Assembly: GCF_037042905.1 (NCBI RefSeq)
Contig: NC_087245.1
Coordinates: forward strand, 39,742,001-39,806,000
Length of the DNA: 64,000 nucleotides
From: Lytechinus pictus
Taxonomy: Eukaryota
Direction of reading: 5' to 3'
This document shows, piece after piece, positions 1 to 12,952 of the stretch; the stretch's first letter is position 1; the number at the start of each line of letters is the position of its first letter. The translations under genes were made by a program, and so were the position numbers. Below the pieces are notes generated by a model. It searched no databases, was not told the origin of the DNA, and was given only the letters and a program-made list of their open reading frames with translations.

Positions 1-337
1 TTTGAAGGAACCGCCCGTCTTTATCATGAGGTTTCTTTTACAACAAAATGAAATGAAACTGAAATGAGATGAAAATAATTAATTATTTAATTTTTATTCC
101 ATACAGAGAGAATAATGTGTTATGCCATCGAATGAATCAATTTTTGCACAGCTCGTGTTAAATGAGGGCTTTATTAGAACTAACTCTTATTTCTTAAAAC
201 TTGAAAAAGTTTAACTCTGGAACAAAATAAGGCTATTATTTCGCTTACCTTCCATTATGTAATGTGGACCTAATTGACATAAGCTTGAAATATCTTTGAT
301 TTACGGGTGTATGCAAAACAGTCAATGTAAAATCGAT

Positions 338-646
338 GGCCCGTATTCTAAAGTCAGGTCTTGCTTAGACCATGGTCTAACTCTGTGTTAAAATTATGGG
401 GAGCCAAAAGTTCAAAAATTCTGTTTATATTGTATATATCTTATGTTTACTATTTTGTTTACTTTTGCTTTCATAATGAAGGAAAATACTTCAGTTATCA
501 TTTCCAGACAATTATGAACAATTTGGGTGTCATATGTGTTAATATATTGAAAGTGTACTGTTAGGGATTTGTGCTCTAATAGGCTCTCCATAGTTCTACA
601 ACTTTAAACCGGAGTTTAATTCAAACCCGAGTTCAGAATACGGGCC
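338..646. mobile_element. MITE, PIF/Harbinger-like
   Basis: Terminal inverted repeats GGCCCGTATTCT(a/g)AA ... TTCAGAATACGGGCC; no coding capacity. Superfamily assigned from the GGC termini only. Confidence 0.7.
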
Positions 647-1951
647 AATGTATTTACTCTTCTTGATAGTACTACTCAAACAGGAGGATCAGACCTCGAT
701 GTCACTCTGTTTGCAAGATGACCACGGAAACATGCTGTCTGCGAATACAGACTAGGCAATATGGTTTTGATATTCAGCTTTTATCAGAAACTCGTCCCAC
801 AGGTGGCATTAAAATACTTGTGTATTACCCATTAAAAGGCCATTTTCATTTTGTACTGCCAAGTCTATCCCGATGGGACTGACGAGAGTCGGACCCGACG
901 TCTGACCTTTGACCTTTCAACTTAGCAAAGTTATGACCTCCATTTGACTCAGAAAAAAAACTTTGGAGAAAAAGAGCATCTCCTGAGGGTTTAATACCAA
1001 ACGTGACAATTTTCTTTTCGATTTAGGCGCCTATTGAAACACCATAATATCAATTCGCAGATGACATATCGTACAACAGTAAACTTTTCATAAGAACATT
1101 CACATGAATCAGCCGCTGTCAGCCCGAGCGGAAATTACTTTTGAAGGGTGGAGGCCATTGTCATATCAGAAGATAAGATACAATTCATATTTAAATCGTA
1201 TGTGCAATCAGTCCTTAACTGTGTTTAATTTTTTACCAAAGTTAAATATTCAAATGTTTTCAAGCTCATCAAGGATTATCATCAACATGGTAAGCGATTT
1301 GGTATTCCTGAAAAAACCCACAACTAATCGATAAGGCAAGAAATTCAACCCCCCCCCCCGAAAAAAAGGCGCTAAAAATCTATGATTCCAATGACCTTAT
1401 TAAATAAACTTTTTTTATTATGTCACAATAAAAAATGTGATTGAAATTTCTCTAGTAAGACTTACTCCAAACCGTCGAGGAATCGCGTAATCCAAACTTT
1501 CGTGGATAGAGCCCCCCCCCCCCCCCCGCTAATTTCCGAAAGGTTGGGACTGCCATTTGAGTAATACATATTCACTTTTTCACTCAATTCCTAACAACGA
1601 TTCTGATTGAATGATCATTGGTATGTTGGGCAATGCGCATAATTTGTTCCAAATTTGATTGGTTGTAGGAAGCTTAGGATACAGATAATAGTCGGTCTGA
1701 TCCTGAGAAAAGACGTTATCACAAAAGCTTACTTAATTGCAGTGATAAATATTATCACGAAAGCTTACATAATAACGACGATATATAACGTAATCATTAA
1801 AATGCTGATATTTATGTAGTAATCTTTATTATTCGTTAACTTCAAATAAAATTTATACATACATAATCTAGAAAATATTATTTAAAAAAACAATCTAATC
1901 AATTGCAGCTGTTAATACACAAGTCAAATAACACATTATCAACACTGTAGA

Positions 1952-2028
1952 GGTGTTGTGGCTCAGTGGATAATTCTCCGGACTTTGAACCACTAGGTCC
2001 GGGGTTCAAATCCCTCCGCAGCACTTTT
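1952..2028 (+). mobile_element. tRNA-derived SINE head or tRNA pseudogene
   Basis: Pol III A box TGGCTCAGTGG, B box GGTTCAAATCC, pairing termini GTGTTGTGG/CCGCAGCAC and a TTTT run. The anticodon stem around CTTTGAA does not pair. Confidence 0.6.
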
Positions 2029-2928
2029 CGTTTATTTTGTTGTGATGAATCTTATAACGAAATGTTTTGGTTCTCTTATATTTTGAATTATGTTTTTTTT
2101 TATGTATACGCAGAGCCCCAAACACTCGTACTCAGAGCTCGCCCACACGCGTAGATAAAAAAATAAAAATTAAGTACGTGACAGCAAAACGTGTCTCTCG
2201 AATTACATGCTATGCAACCTTTCCAAACACAGAGTTGAGCGTAACACGCTTCACATTACAAAGAGGTTAACTCAGTCGAATGTTCAGGTCGAAGAGGATT
2301 TGTTTGAGAATGTTGTAGAGGCGGAATTCTGTATGTACCCAGTATATCATTATATGCATTAAGAAGAAAAACCAGATTTGCTACTGGTGACTGAACTTTC
2401 GACAGTGCATGAGGTTTTATATGCAATGATGTACTAGTTTGTCGATTAAATTGTACAGGTTCAGTATATGCATAGAGCTCTATGGTATATGTGTATACGT
2501 GGAGGCCTACGCACTTACACACACTACAACCGAGGACTCATACACAAACTTCACACACAGCGAACCAATGGCGTCCTCGGTTCAAAGAGCCTTGCAAACG
2601 GTCTCAAATTCCATTTGCTTGTGAATAGTAGCGATACAGCTTAAAAATCCCCAGACTCGTCCTCGGTTGTAAAATTGAAATGATCCTTGGTAGACCAAAT
2701 TCCTACTAACGCAACAGGTCCTTGGCTTTAAGTATTATAAATTACCCTCCAGGGGATCATGACTGTGTCTCGGATTCGCTCAGATTCGCTCAGATTACCA
2801 AAATGGAAGCTTTATTAGTGTTCCTATACACTTATTCTGAAACTTACAACTATTTTTTTAAGTTTACTACTTTCCTTTAAGATATAGGCTTTATTAAAAA
2901 TGACTATCATTTCAAAAATCGTAAACTA

Positions 2929-3973
2929 CAGAGTGAGTCAGAAAAAATGTCCCACTTTTGTAAAGTTGAATTGTTTAAAATATGAATATTTAATCATTAG
3001 TTTCATGATATGTCTTGATAGAGGTATCCTCCAAGTACATTCAGGTACCATTTTCATTTGATCCCGTGCACGCATGACTGAAATCGGACAATCTTTAGAA
3101 GACTGTCAGATCTCACTTGCGCCAGGTTACTGGGTGATGAATAAAACAGTGCTTTAGACAAAGACAGACAGACTGGCATGCTCACACACACACACACACA
3201 CGAACACACACAACACACATGGTAATAACTGGTTCATAATTTTCTCTTTTCTGATTAAGCATTGATTTTTAGCAAGATCGCTGAATGTTTAAGTGGCAAT
3301 TTCCGACAATCTTTCCCCTTAAAACACATTCACTACCACCATCATGTCATCATCATCATCCTCATTGTCATCCTCTTGATCTTGATCTTGATCATCATCA
3401 TCATCAAGTGCACATAAATCCAATATGCTGGTTATGTCCTTTGTTGGTTAACAATGAAAATTTACAATGGATGTCTGTGCTTTTGTTGCACTTGCCTATA
3501 AAAGGGCTTGCCTCATTTGGCGGCAGTCACTTGAGCCTCTTTTTACAGTAGCAAAAATTCCCTTTTAATTGTTTGTGTTTTTATTCACCGACNNNNNNNN
3601 NNNNNNNNNNNNNNNNNNNNNNNNNNNNNNNNNNNNNNNNNNNNNNNNNNNNNNNNNNNNNNNNNNNNNNNNNNNNNNNNNNNNNNNNNNNNNNNNNNNN
3701 NNNNNNNNNNNNNNNNNNNNNNNNNNNNNNNNNNNNNCTTGGTTCAAAAGAGTGTTTTATTCCCCACCCTGTAACTTGGCGCAAGTGAGATCTGACAGTC
3801 TTCTAAAGATTCTCCGCTGTTCAGTCATGCGTGCAGGGGATCAAATGAAAAAGGTACCTGAATGTACTGGGAGGATACCTCTATGAAGACATAACATGAA
3901 ACTAATGATTAAATATTTATATTTTAAACAATTCAACTTTACAAAAGTGGGACATTTTTTCTGACTCACTCTG
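2929..3973. mobile_element. Tc1/mariner-type non-autonomous element with ~230-bp TIRs (spans a gap)
   Basis: TA|CAGAGTGAGTCAGAAAAAATGTCCCACTTTTG ... CAAAAGTGGGACATTTTTTCTGACTCACTCTG|TA; TA target duplication. Confidence 0.85.
3593..3737. other. assembly gap (N run)
   Basis: Run of N. Confidence 1.
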
Positions 3974-4340
3974 TATATATACGCAAGGGGTCGAATGGCG
4001 TCGAGATTTTGGTAGATGCCAAATGGTCAAGAAACTAATAGGCCCTATTCCTTTTCAATGTAGTTAAGAGAGATGACGATGTTTATTCTATCATGTGGTC
4101 TTTACTTCCGAAAACCTCTATATTTTTATGGCTCTTTTCATCTGAAATCTTATTACTTGACTTTTGCTCCAAACTCCTTAACATTAATATATAAATGTCC
4201 AAAGTTCACAACTTTAAATGTGTACGATTACCATCGTGGGATGCGATTTTCGTAAATCTCCCAAAAGAGGTATCAATTCTTTCTGTATTCGTCATGTTTG
4301 GTGGAATCAGTTTTCAGCCGAGCGTGAGAAACCTCTTTAA

Positions 4341-4958
4341 AGGACAAGTCCACCCCAATATAAAGTAGATTTGAATAAAAAGAGAAAAATCAAAACAAGC
4401 ATAAAACAGAAAATTTGATATAAATCGAATGTGAAATAAGAAAGTTGTGATATTTTTTTACTTTCTCTTAATTTCACAAAACAGTTATATGCACATCTTG
4501 GCCGGTATGCAAATGAGGAGACTGATGGCGTCATCCACTCATATATCTTTTGTATTTTATTAAATGAAATATGAATTTTCTCACTGTCAATTTAAATAAA
4601 TTATTAATTCCTCCCTGAACATGTGAAATTAACATTGTTTAATACTATACAGTCAAGTCAATCAGTCAAGTTGGTCCTTATTGTCAAATCTGTAAAAAAA
4701 AAGAAATATTGTATAATTCAAACAATAAACAAAATAATTAATGAGTGGGGGACATCGTCGACTGTCTCATTTGCATGTCACTGAGTTGTGCATATCACTG
4801 TTTTGTAAAAAAAATAAAAATAAAATAAAATAAGCGAGACTTAAAAATGTCATAACTTTCTCATTTTACATCCGATTTTGATGAAATTTTCAGCATTATG
4901 CCAGTTTGATTTTTCTCTATTTATTCAAATCAATATTTTTCTGGGATGGACTTTACCT
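4341..4958. mobile_element. Kolobok-like MITE (TTAA TSD, AGG...CCT termini)
   Basis: TTAA|AGGACAAGTCCACCCC ... GGATGGACTTTACCT|TTAA with long imperfect inverted arms; same family as 12953-13538. Confidence 0.8.
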
Positions 4959-5269
4959 TTAAGTTGCGATTAATAGGTCAAGGTAGTGATAAAAGCTATG
5001 TGCTCATTCATTAGGGAATTTAGCGGAAAGTCACAGAGAAGTGAATATTGACACATCAATACACACTTTACTTTAATGTAGCGTGATAAGTGTCTCTTGT
5101 AACACAATACTTTACACTATTTCCACTTTTTTGTAATGCAACAGCTCTTCTCCAATAACAACTTGAGTTTTCTTTGGAAATGCTAACAAATATTGATACA
5201 CTTTGAAGATATGTATTGTATTCATGGTGGATTTTGAAGCGTTTGTTTGTATTTTATATTGTGTTTGTG

Positions 5270-5680
5270 TGAATATTGTGGGGGTGGTGAGTGTGTGGAT
5301 GAGGGTTCGTGTGATGTGGTGTGAGTGTGTGTATTTGTGAATAGGGAGCATGCGTTCGTAGGAGATGGTGAGAGGGTGTTGTGTGAAGGGTGTGCGTGTG
5401 CGTGTCTGTGTGTGTGTGTGTGTGGGGGGTAAGTTTAGAAGGGGCTATCTTGGCAAAGAGCATATGCATATCTCACCAACACCAGCCAATACGAACACAC
5501 ACACACCCACGCACACATGAATCCTCACATAAACACACGCTCTCTCTCACACACATACTCACGCACCCACACACACACACATCATTATTTTTACTCCTTG
5601 TCTCCACTCGCAACCCCTATGTCATGTATGTGTAGATCTCTCTCCCAAACTCTCTTTCTCTCTTTCCCTCACTCGCCTTC
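5270..5680. repeat. degenerate (GT)n/(CA)n and (CT)n microsatellite tract
   Basis: A GT-rich block followed by CA-rich and CT-rich blocks; explains the His/Thr and Val/Cys junk ORFs. Confidence 0.85.
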
Positions 5681-5712
5681 ACTACTTTTATTTTACGTAA
5701 CGCAATGTCTCT

Positions 5713-5849
5713 CTCTGACCATGGAGCTATTACAGATGATTAACAGAGGAATTGGAAGAAGGATCTCCTGTGTTTAAAGGCTCCATGCTCTGACCAAGGA
5801 GTCCTTGCTCTGACCATGGACCTATTTCGTAATAGGTCCATGCTCTGAC
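5713..5849. mobile_element. three tandem P-element-like mini-inserts/footprints sharing the 7-bp target CTCTGAC
   Basis: CTCTGAC at 5713, 5788, 5808 and 5843 separates inserts CATGGAGC..GCTCCATG (68 bp), CAAGGAGTCCTTG (13 bp) and CATGGACCTATTTCGTAATAGGTCCATG (28 bp). Confidence 0.7.
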
Positions 5850-6704
5850 CTATGATATTTCTCTATATTTTCTCTCTCTTTCTTCTTCGGTCTACGCCCT
5901 TTTTTTCTTCTGTTAACTAACCAGTTACCACTTCCACCTATCTCCCCATGCATTAAACGCCATCTTCATACTGCTTAAAAGTCTAGACGGTTGCCGCATA
6001 ACAAATCCCTGGTTACTACTGCAATTACTCTTTATGCCCTTTATGCCAGCCACAAACACACTACCTAGCACCCCTTAACAATCTCTGTCCATTTTACCCA
6101 CTTTCTGGATTCTTCAGAAAATAACACGTGACAGTCATTACGCGTGCGGTGTTTTGCTCATTATCCACTTCTTCAAGGAGAATATAGATAATAATGCCGC
6201 AAAGAGCCACCAGAAGTAATCGTAAATGTGGTAATTTAGGACTTCTTTATTTTCTATTTTTTGTGTTCTATGATAATCCCCTATCACCACGATGGCGAAT
6301 TTCATGAGTATTTACGAGACTTTCTATTGAAAGACCACCGTGACCGAACTTGTGATTTCTGTTCGTGCATCAAGAAGTACTTCGTACTCCATCGTCTTTT
6401 AAATAGTTCAAGAATATAATGGAGCCTGAAACTCAAAGGGAGCACCTTAAAATAGATAATAACAGTGACACTCCAATGTTTCCTTTCCGTTAATTTTTAT
6501 GTAAAAACACGCACATGAATTGTTATGTAAATGCCCCCTCTCTTTCTCTTTCTCCCCCTCCCTACCCTTCTCCCTTTCTCTCCAATGGTAGACGCCCACC
6601 CTTGCAACTTTAATCATCAGTAGACTTAGACTTGCTTGCACGCTTTTAGTATTTTCAGGTACTTACTATATACGTATACTTTCTCTTCTTCCCCCACGTT
6701 TTCT

Positions 6705-6874
6705 TTGTGCAGCACGTGCGTGGCTACCATTAGCCGAGCGCGGCGCCGCTATAGCAGGGCCGCCAATCGTATCCGAATGACATCATATCAAGACGTGTAT
6801 GGGCTGCGCTCAGACAGCAACAGGCATGCGGTGCCCTTCTCACTTCCCTGAGAATGAATCTTGCTAAGGTATGG
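6705..6874 (+). promoter_or_regulatory. CpG-rich candidate promoter/first exon
   Basis: Local CpG/GC enrichment in an AT-rich background, CACGTG E-box, GCCAAT, and a donor-like AAG|GTATGG at 6868/6869. The linked gene is unknown. Confidence 0.3.
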
Positions 6875-7695
6875 TCATGATAAATATGTCTAGTTTCCCA
6901 CATCTTCAATTCTCATAAACTTAAGAATGAATACTTCAAAGAGTTTACTACTCTTTTTATTTGAACCAAAGTTTGGATATTCCATATTTGCCTTTCATAT
7001 TGTTTCCTGATCACTCAAGAAGCCTCAATAACAAAGATGACTGCGAACAATGATATATATCTAATACAAAGAGATGGTACATTTTTAAGTTTTACAGCAG
7101 TAATCCATAACTGGTTCAATCATACCAAATGATATCAAACTGACAGCTTGAATTTTAACATGTTCTCAAAAATGTGACCTGTGCATGAATTTGTTTAAAA
7201 GTCCATTGGTTTTGGGGAAAGGTCTTCCTTTAAAAATATTCTTTTTGAGATGCCACTCCTGCATGATGTCTTCAAACGACCCTGTCGTGGAAGGGAGATC
7301 ACCCCGGCCCCTTCTCCTTCAGTCCTTCTAATCACAAACCCTCTCTCGCTTGGTTCATCCACTCCCTCGCCGCTGCCGCCCCTTATTGAAATTCCAAGAT
7401 CTGTCTCTGCTCTCCATAATTTTTTTATCTCCCTCCGTCTTTCTCCTCCTTAACCCCCCCCCCCCCCCCCCACCATCATCGGTTGCATGGTTAACTGACT
7501 CAAGATGCTCTTTTAGCATCTTTAGTCAGTCATATCTGTTATGTTCCCTTTTTTGTACAGGGGTATGGCTATTTATTAATTATTTAATTATTATTTTAGT
7601 TAAACAACTTAGGGATCCAATTCTAACAATAGAGATCTTAACCCTAATAATTCGAATGAAGTTTTTTTTTCATCTCCTTTTTTCCATTACATACA

Positions 7696-8856
7696 TTTTT
7701 TGTCTCGCCCACCGGAGGTGAAGGCGAGACTTAGGGATCAAAATGTCGTCCGTCCGTCGTCCGTCGTCTGTCGTCCGTCCGTCACAAACTTAATGACACA
7801 TAACTCCACAACCGTAAGTCGATTTTCAACCAAACTTGGATGGTAGATGGACTTGGGGGACCTGCATGTTATGCTGCAGTCATAGGTCACATGGTAAGGT
7901 CAAAGGTCATTTTCAGGTCAACGTTAAAGTTTACATGCAAGACTCTCTTATGACACCTAACTCCGCAACCGTAAGTCGCTTTTCAACCAACTTGGATGGT
8001 AGATGGACTTGGGGGACCTGCATGTTATGCTGCAGTCATAGGTCACATGGTAAGGTCAAAGGTCATTTTCAGGTCAACGTTAAAGTTTACATGCAAGACT
8101 CTCTTATGATACCTAACTCCGCAACCGTAAGTCGCATTTTAACCAAACTTGGATGGTAGATGGACTTGGGGGACCTGCATGTTATGCTGCAGTCAGAGGT
8201 CACATGGTAAGGTCAAAGGTCATTTTCAGGTCAACGTTAAAGTTTACATGCAAGACTCTCTTATGATACCTAACTCCGCAACCGTAAGTCGCATTTTAAC
8301 CAAACTTGGATGGTAGATGGACTTGGGGGACCTGCATGTTATGCTGCAGTCAGAGGTCACATGGTAAGGTCAAAGGTCATTTTCAGGTCAACGTTAAAGT
8401 TTACATGCAAGACTCTCTTATGACACCTAACTACCCAACCATAAGTCACTTTTCAACCAAACTTGGATGGTAGATGGACTTGGGGGACCTGCATGTTATG
8501 CTGCAGTCAGAGGTCACATGGTAAGGTCAAAGGTCATTTTAGGTCAACGTTATAGTTTACATGCAAGACTCTCTTATGACACCTAACTCCGCATCCGTAA
8601 GTCGCTTTTCAACCAAACTTGGATGGTAGATGGACTTGGGGGACCTGCATGTTATGCTGCAGTCGGAGGTCACATGGTAAGGTCATTTTCAGGTCAACAT
8701 TAAAGTTTACGTGTAAGGCTCTTATGACAAGTGTTATTCCATCCCAGTCATTTCACAATGCAGTTTCGATATAATTATCTTGCGTGCCCTCGCAAATCAC
8801 GATATTTCTGGTCATTTTCATAAGTGGGCGAGACACAAAATTGCTTTTGCCTTGTT
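7696..8856 (+). mobile_element. non-autonomous Helentron-associated element (HINE/DINE-1/pearl-like) carrying a tandem array
   Basis: Subterminal inverted repeats TGTCTCGCCCAC / GTGGGCGAGACA, 5' hairpin GTCTCGCC..GGCGAGAC, (GTCC)n microsatellite, ~6 core repeats, T-rich junctions. Confidence 0.8.
7801..8728 (+). repeat. tandem array of ~6 x 156-157 bp
   Basis: The unit marker TAACT(c/a)C recurs at 7801, 7958, 8114, 8271, 8428 and 8584. Confidence 0.95.
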
Positions 8857-9128
8857 TAAAATTATTTGATAACTCCTCAAGATTCGAATGGTAGCCAGAC
8901 CACTCCCCCGGTTTTTCTCCACACCTGTTTTTTCATACATTAAAAAAAAAAAATTCACCGTTGAGGATTCATGTGTGTGGCTGATTTGCATGTTTTTATT
9001 GAGAATCCATTGATTGCGTGTGGGAGTGTCTTACGTGTGACCAAATATAAGGTAGAGTTGGGACGAGAATGGGATATAGAATGAGGGGGCGCAGATAGAG
9101 AGGGGGATCAAGAGAGGTTGTGCTTTAA

Positions 9129-9710
9129 AGGGGAATTAAACCTTTGGAACAAGTGGGCTTCTGCGGAAAGAGACAAATCAAAGAATAAGATGAAAGAAAG
9201 TTTTAGAAATATCGGACAAATAATGAGAAAGTTATGAGCATTTGAATATTGCGATCACAAATGCTATGGAGATCTTCCTATTGGCAATGCGACAAATATT
9301 TTAGATGCCACATGTGAACATCTTTCTCTGTGATAGACTATAAAATACCCCCAAAATGTATGTTTTATGCTCAATCTTATGGTGATACAAACTTTTTATC
9401 CATAATGTATTCTTTAAAAATCTGGATTACATGCCCTCCTATAGAAAGAATACATGAATACAATAGATATGATAAGAGGCAGTTTAGATGAAATATATAG
9501 AAAAGTAATGGGAAAGTAGTTCACATGTGACATCACACATCTTTGTCGCATTGCCAACTGGAGGATCTACATTATTATATTAATGATCTAAGGTTCAAAT
9601 GCTCATAATCTACTTATTTTTATGCAATTTTTCTCAAAATCTCGTTCATCTGTTTCTTTAATTCGTCTGTTTTCACACAAGCAATCTCGTTTCAATCGTT
9701 TCATTTTCCT
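9129..9710. mobile_element. Kolobok-like MITE
   Basis: TTAA|AGGGGAATTAAAC ... GTTTCATTTTCCT|TTAA; internal arms are inverted. Confidence 0.7.
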
Positions 9711-11765
9711 TTAATGTTGCGTGACGGTGTGTGTTATACCCAAGAGATCTCCAAAGTTATACAGAGTGCGTGCTTTGTCTGTGATTAGTGTGCTGTTCTT
9801 TCTTTCTTTTTAATCCAATACTGGTCTGACATAATCATTTTTAAATCTACTTCAGCTTTTACTCTATACTGTAATTTACTTATTTTTGAGATCTCTATTG
9901 TTATAACTGGAAATTATTTTTATGTATGTAGGTATGTATATTTTGTGCTTTAACAGGACATCGATGAAAAACAGCCTAGCTGAATCGAATGTTTCTTTTA
10001 TTCCTGTATACATATGTTGAATAATTGAATAGATAAATAAATGAATATACAAATAAATGAATAAATATATAACGCTGCCACAATGCGTATTCTTCGCCAT
10101 AGCAGACGTATCGCTTACGTTCAGCATAACAGCAAAGACAATAACTGCAGCCTTCGCCTATAGTATAGGCTAGGAGCTGATCTGCCTGCATCAGTGTGTG
10201 AACACCCCCGCCCCCCCCCCCCCTGTCCAAATTCGTAAAACTTTGAGTTAAGATAATATAGGCTTAGATACAGATACATTTACTATAAAAGCTTAGGATA
10301 ATTAACTTCAGTAGCTGTTAATTAAACATTTTATAAAATATCTCTTTTTTTTTACTTGCGTATCATAGGCACAGTCAGTGTGTTGTTATAATCTCAAAAG
10401 TACGTAACATTCACAAAATCAAGAACCTTCGTTTTCGACTCACCGTACAAGAATTGCGAGGTTGATGTGATTTCAGTTTAAGGAATCTCTGAATTTTCGG
10501 CCGATTAAGAAAAGTAGGGCGACGCAAAAAGAAAGGGCAAAAGATAACGTCTGGTGAACTTGTTTTGTTTTTGTTTATGATCGTCAATTTGGGAGGACAA
10601 ACTACATTTTTTCATTTCCTTTGGAAAACTAAGATCAAAAGGATCTCATGCAGCGTTTCGCAAAAATACAAACAAACAACCTATTCAAATGCGGGTATCA
10701 AATGGAAGAATGCTCCCATGGCAAAGAAATTAAATACTTTAAAAGATTTGTTTTTAATAATAGCCATATTGCCGTTGAAGCATAATCGTCATCGTCAAGA
10801 CTCGTTAGACAGTAACGGAATGGCGATTGTCCGTCTGATTCATATGGTTTAAACTCTTAAACCTTTGAACTTCGTCACTGAACATGATTGATGTTGGACA
10901 CGTACACCATCTTTTGTATTTTCATCGTGAAAGCAGATGATCTTTTTGTTCGGCCTCTGTCGAAACCACGGTTCAACTCCCATATGCCCGAAGCCATGAA
11001 CTCGGCTAGTACGGCCATGGTTTTTTTCTCACTCTGTATGACCCTGATTATTCTACAACCAAGAAATCGGCCTCATTTAGCTGCGTTTTGAACTAATCCT
11101 CCAGCCATTATCACCCCAATTTGGGACCCCCCCCCAATAAAGTATAAGAATTGGCCTTTAAAAAAGCATCAATTTTTTTTCCATTACACATACGCTAAGT
11201 TTACACTGTACATTAATTTAGTATAAGTATTTTTTTTCAGTGAAAAAACAGGAAATTGCAAATAAGGCCAATGATCAAAACCACTCCTTTTTAATTCTCG
11301 CAAACATACAAAAACACAAAAAGAATATGAACAAAAAACGGGGGGAAATCGCATCCTTTGGCGGCACAAGAGAAGCGTCCGTGTTCCATTCACTCATAAA
11401 CATAAACCCCCGTTCGGAAAGAAACTGATCAAACTTTTACGAGGGCACTGCACGAATTGCTCTCTGTCAAAATGAACAATATTTTTACACAGACTAGCTT
11501 CCTTGATAGTCGCTATTATAGCACATGTCAATAATTAAGAATTGGTTCAATCACGGAGAGGCTAAACAACCCCTCACGTTAATAGTTTCTGAATCCAAAC
11601 AGAAACAGAAAGTCACAAAATGGAGACCAATATGCCATTGTGATGGGACAAACTTCCCAGTTTATTTACACATGTTGTTCATGGGCATGTTTAAAAGATT
11701 GACTCAAATCACAAAGAAACTACAGGATGTTGAAAAAATTAAATGACTGGATGTGTCACGCGCGT

Positions 11766-12325
11766 AAAGGAAAAGAAAAATGAGACAAGATGATAGGTGA
11801 AAGTTTGAACAATATTGGACAAACAACAAGAAAGTTATGTTTTTTTTAAGTTGTATATATTGGTAATCACTATACCCATGGAGACTTCAAATTGGCCACA
11901 TATGGGATGTCATAGTGATGTAAGGCAAGGACTACTCTTCCATGTACTCCAATACATATTATGGCTAAAATGTCATTTTTCCCAAAAGTTTTATTTCAAA
12001 TTATATTTTTCTTTCATGAGGACATAAAACATTATACTACCTGGGTTATATATAGATTACTGCCCCAGGGGAATGGGTACTTAGGATAAAACCACAAATC
12101 CCTGATAATAAAGTACATGGCCTATGGGAAAGATGTCCTTGCCCCTTGTCATAATTTACTTACCCAGTTGCCAATTTGAAATCTACATAGTATTAGAGAT
12201 CTCAATTTTAAAGCAGCTATAACTTTCTTATTGCTTGTCCGATTTCTTTCAAACTTTCACCATTCTGTTTAATTTATTTTTCTCCTTCCCAACACAACAT
12301 TTTATGGCCAAGGCTGGATTCCCCT
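11766..12325. mobile_element. Kolobok-like MITE, left end degraded
   Basis: Right end GGATTCCCCT|TTAA; the left arm GGTGAAAGTTTGAA..AAGAAAGTTAT is the inverse of the right arm. Confidence 0.6.
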
Positions 12326-12329
12326 TTAA

Positions 12330-12738
12330 GAAAAATTCATGAAAAATAAAAGTGAAATTAGAGGGTCGAATCTTTACTACCTTTGGATAGGATATATATC
12401 TGACATTCCATATCTGACCAGAGAAGGGTATCGTAGCCAGCTCATTTCAAAAATAAATCGCCATTTATGAAGATAACTATGATGGGATCAAATTCATCAC
12501 CTGAAACAGTATAATAGCCCCAATTCTTCCGCCAGTCAAAAAATAGTTCCAAATCATTGATATATCTTCCCAATTTGGGCAAAGGAAGTTCAGTAGTTAC
12601 CATTTCTAGAATCAGTGTTAGATTTTGAATCATATTCATACACTTTTGTCAATCAGCAATATCAAATTGAAAAAAATCGAATGGGTTGGGTCGAACGAAT
12701 ATCTTAAGCCCTCCTGATGTAATTAGGCTCATGGCACC
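12330..12738 (+). repeat. dispersed ~400-bp repeat, copy 1 (inverted copy at 18291-18700; diverged partial copy at ~60690-60920)
   Basis: Shared blocks such as CTGACATTCCATATCTGACCAGA, TTTTGTCAATCAGCAATATCAAATT and AATGGGTTGG; ORFs 12442-12639(-) and 18389-18583(+) translate alike. Confidence 0.8.
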
Positions 12739-12952
12739 TGGAACAATCACAGCGCCACACACACACACTCTGGGGGGATGTCCCGGTAAGCGGGGGATAA
12801 TCTGAACACGGCGTGTATGTGAGATACAGTTCAGTTACAAGGTCCCAATGATTGGCCGCATTTCCGAACCTAGACTTACACCTACACTCTGCATTGTAAG
12901 ACCCTTTTTTCCAGAAATACAATTGTCAAAATTTCAATATTGTCCATCTTAA

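Noticed and set aside
1952-2024. Functional tRNA-Gln(TTG)
   Set aside because: The anticodon stem does not pair and the D stem is poor.
3565-3886. ORFs spanning N runs (also 26051-26549)
   Set aside because: Artefacts of assembly gaps.
5713-5849. CRISPR array
   Set aside because: The repeat is only 7 bp, the spacers are palindromic transposon-like ends, the context is eukaryotic and there are no cas genes.
7836-8159. 107-aa repetitive ORF
   Set aside because: Translation of the 157-bp tandem repeat; the unit is not a consistent multiple of three.
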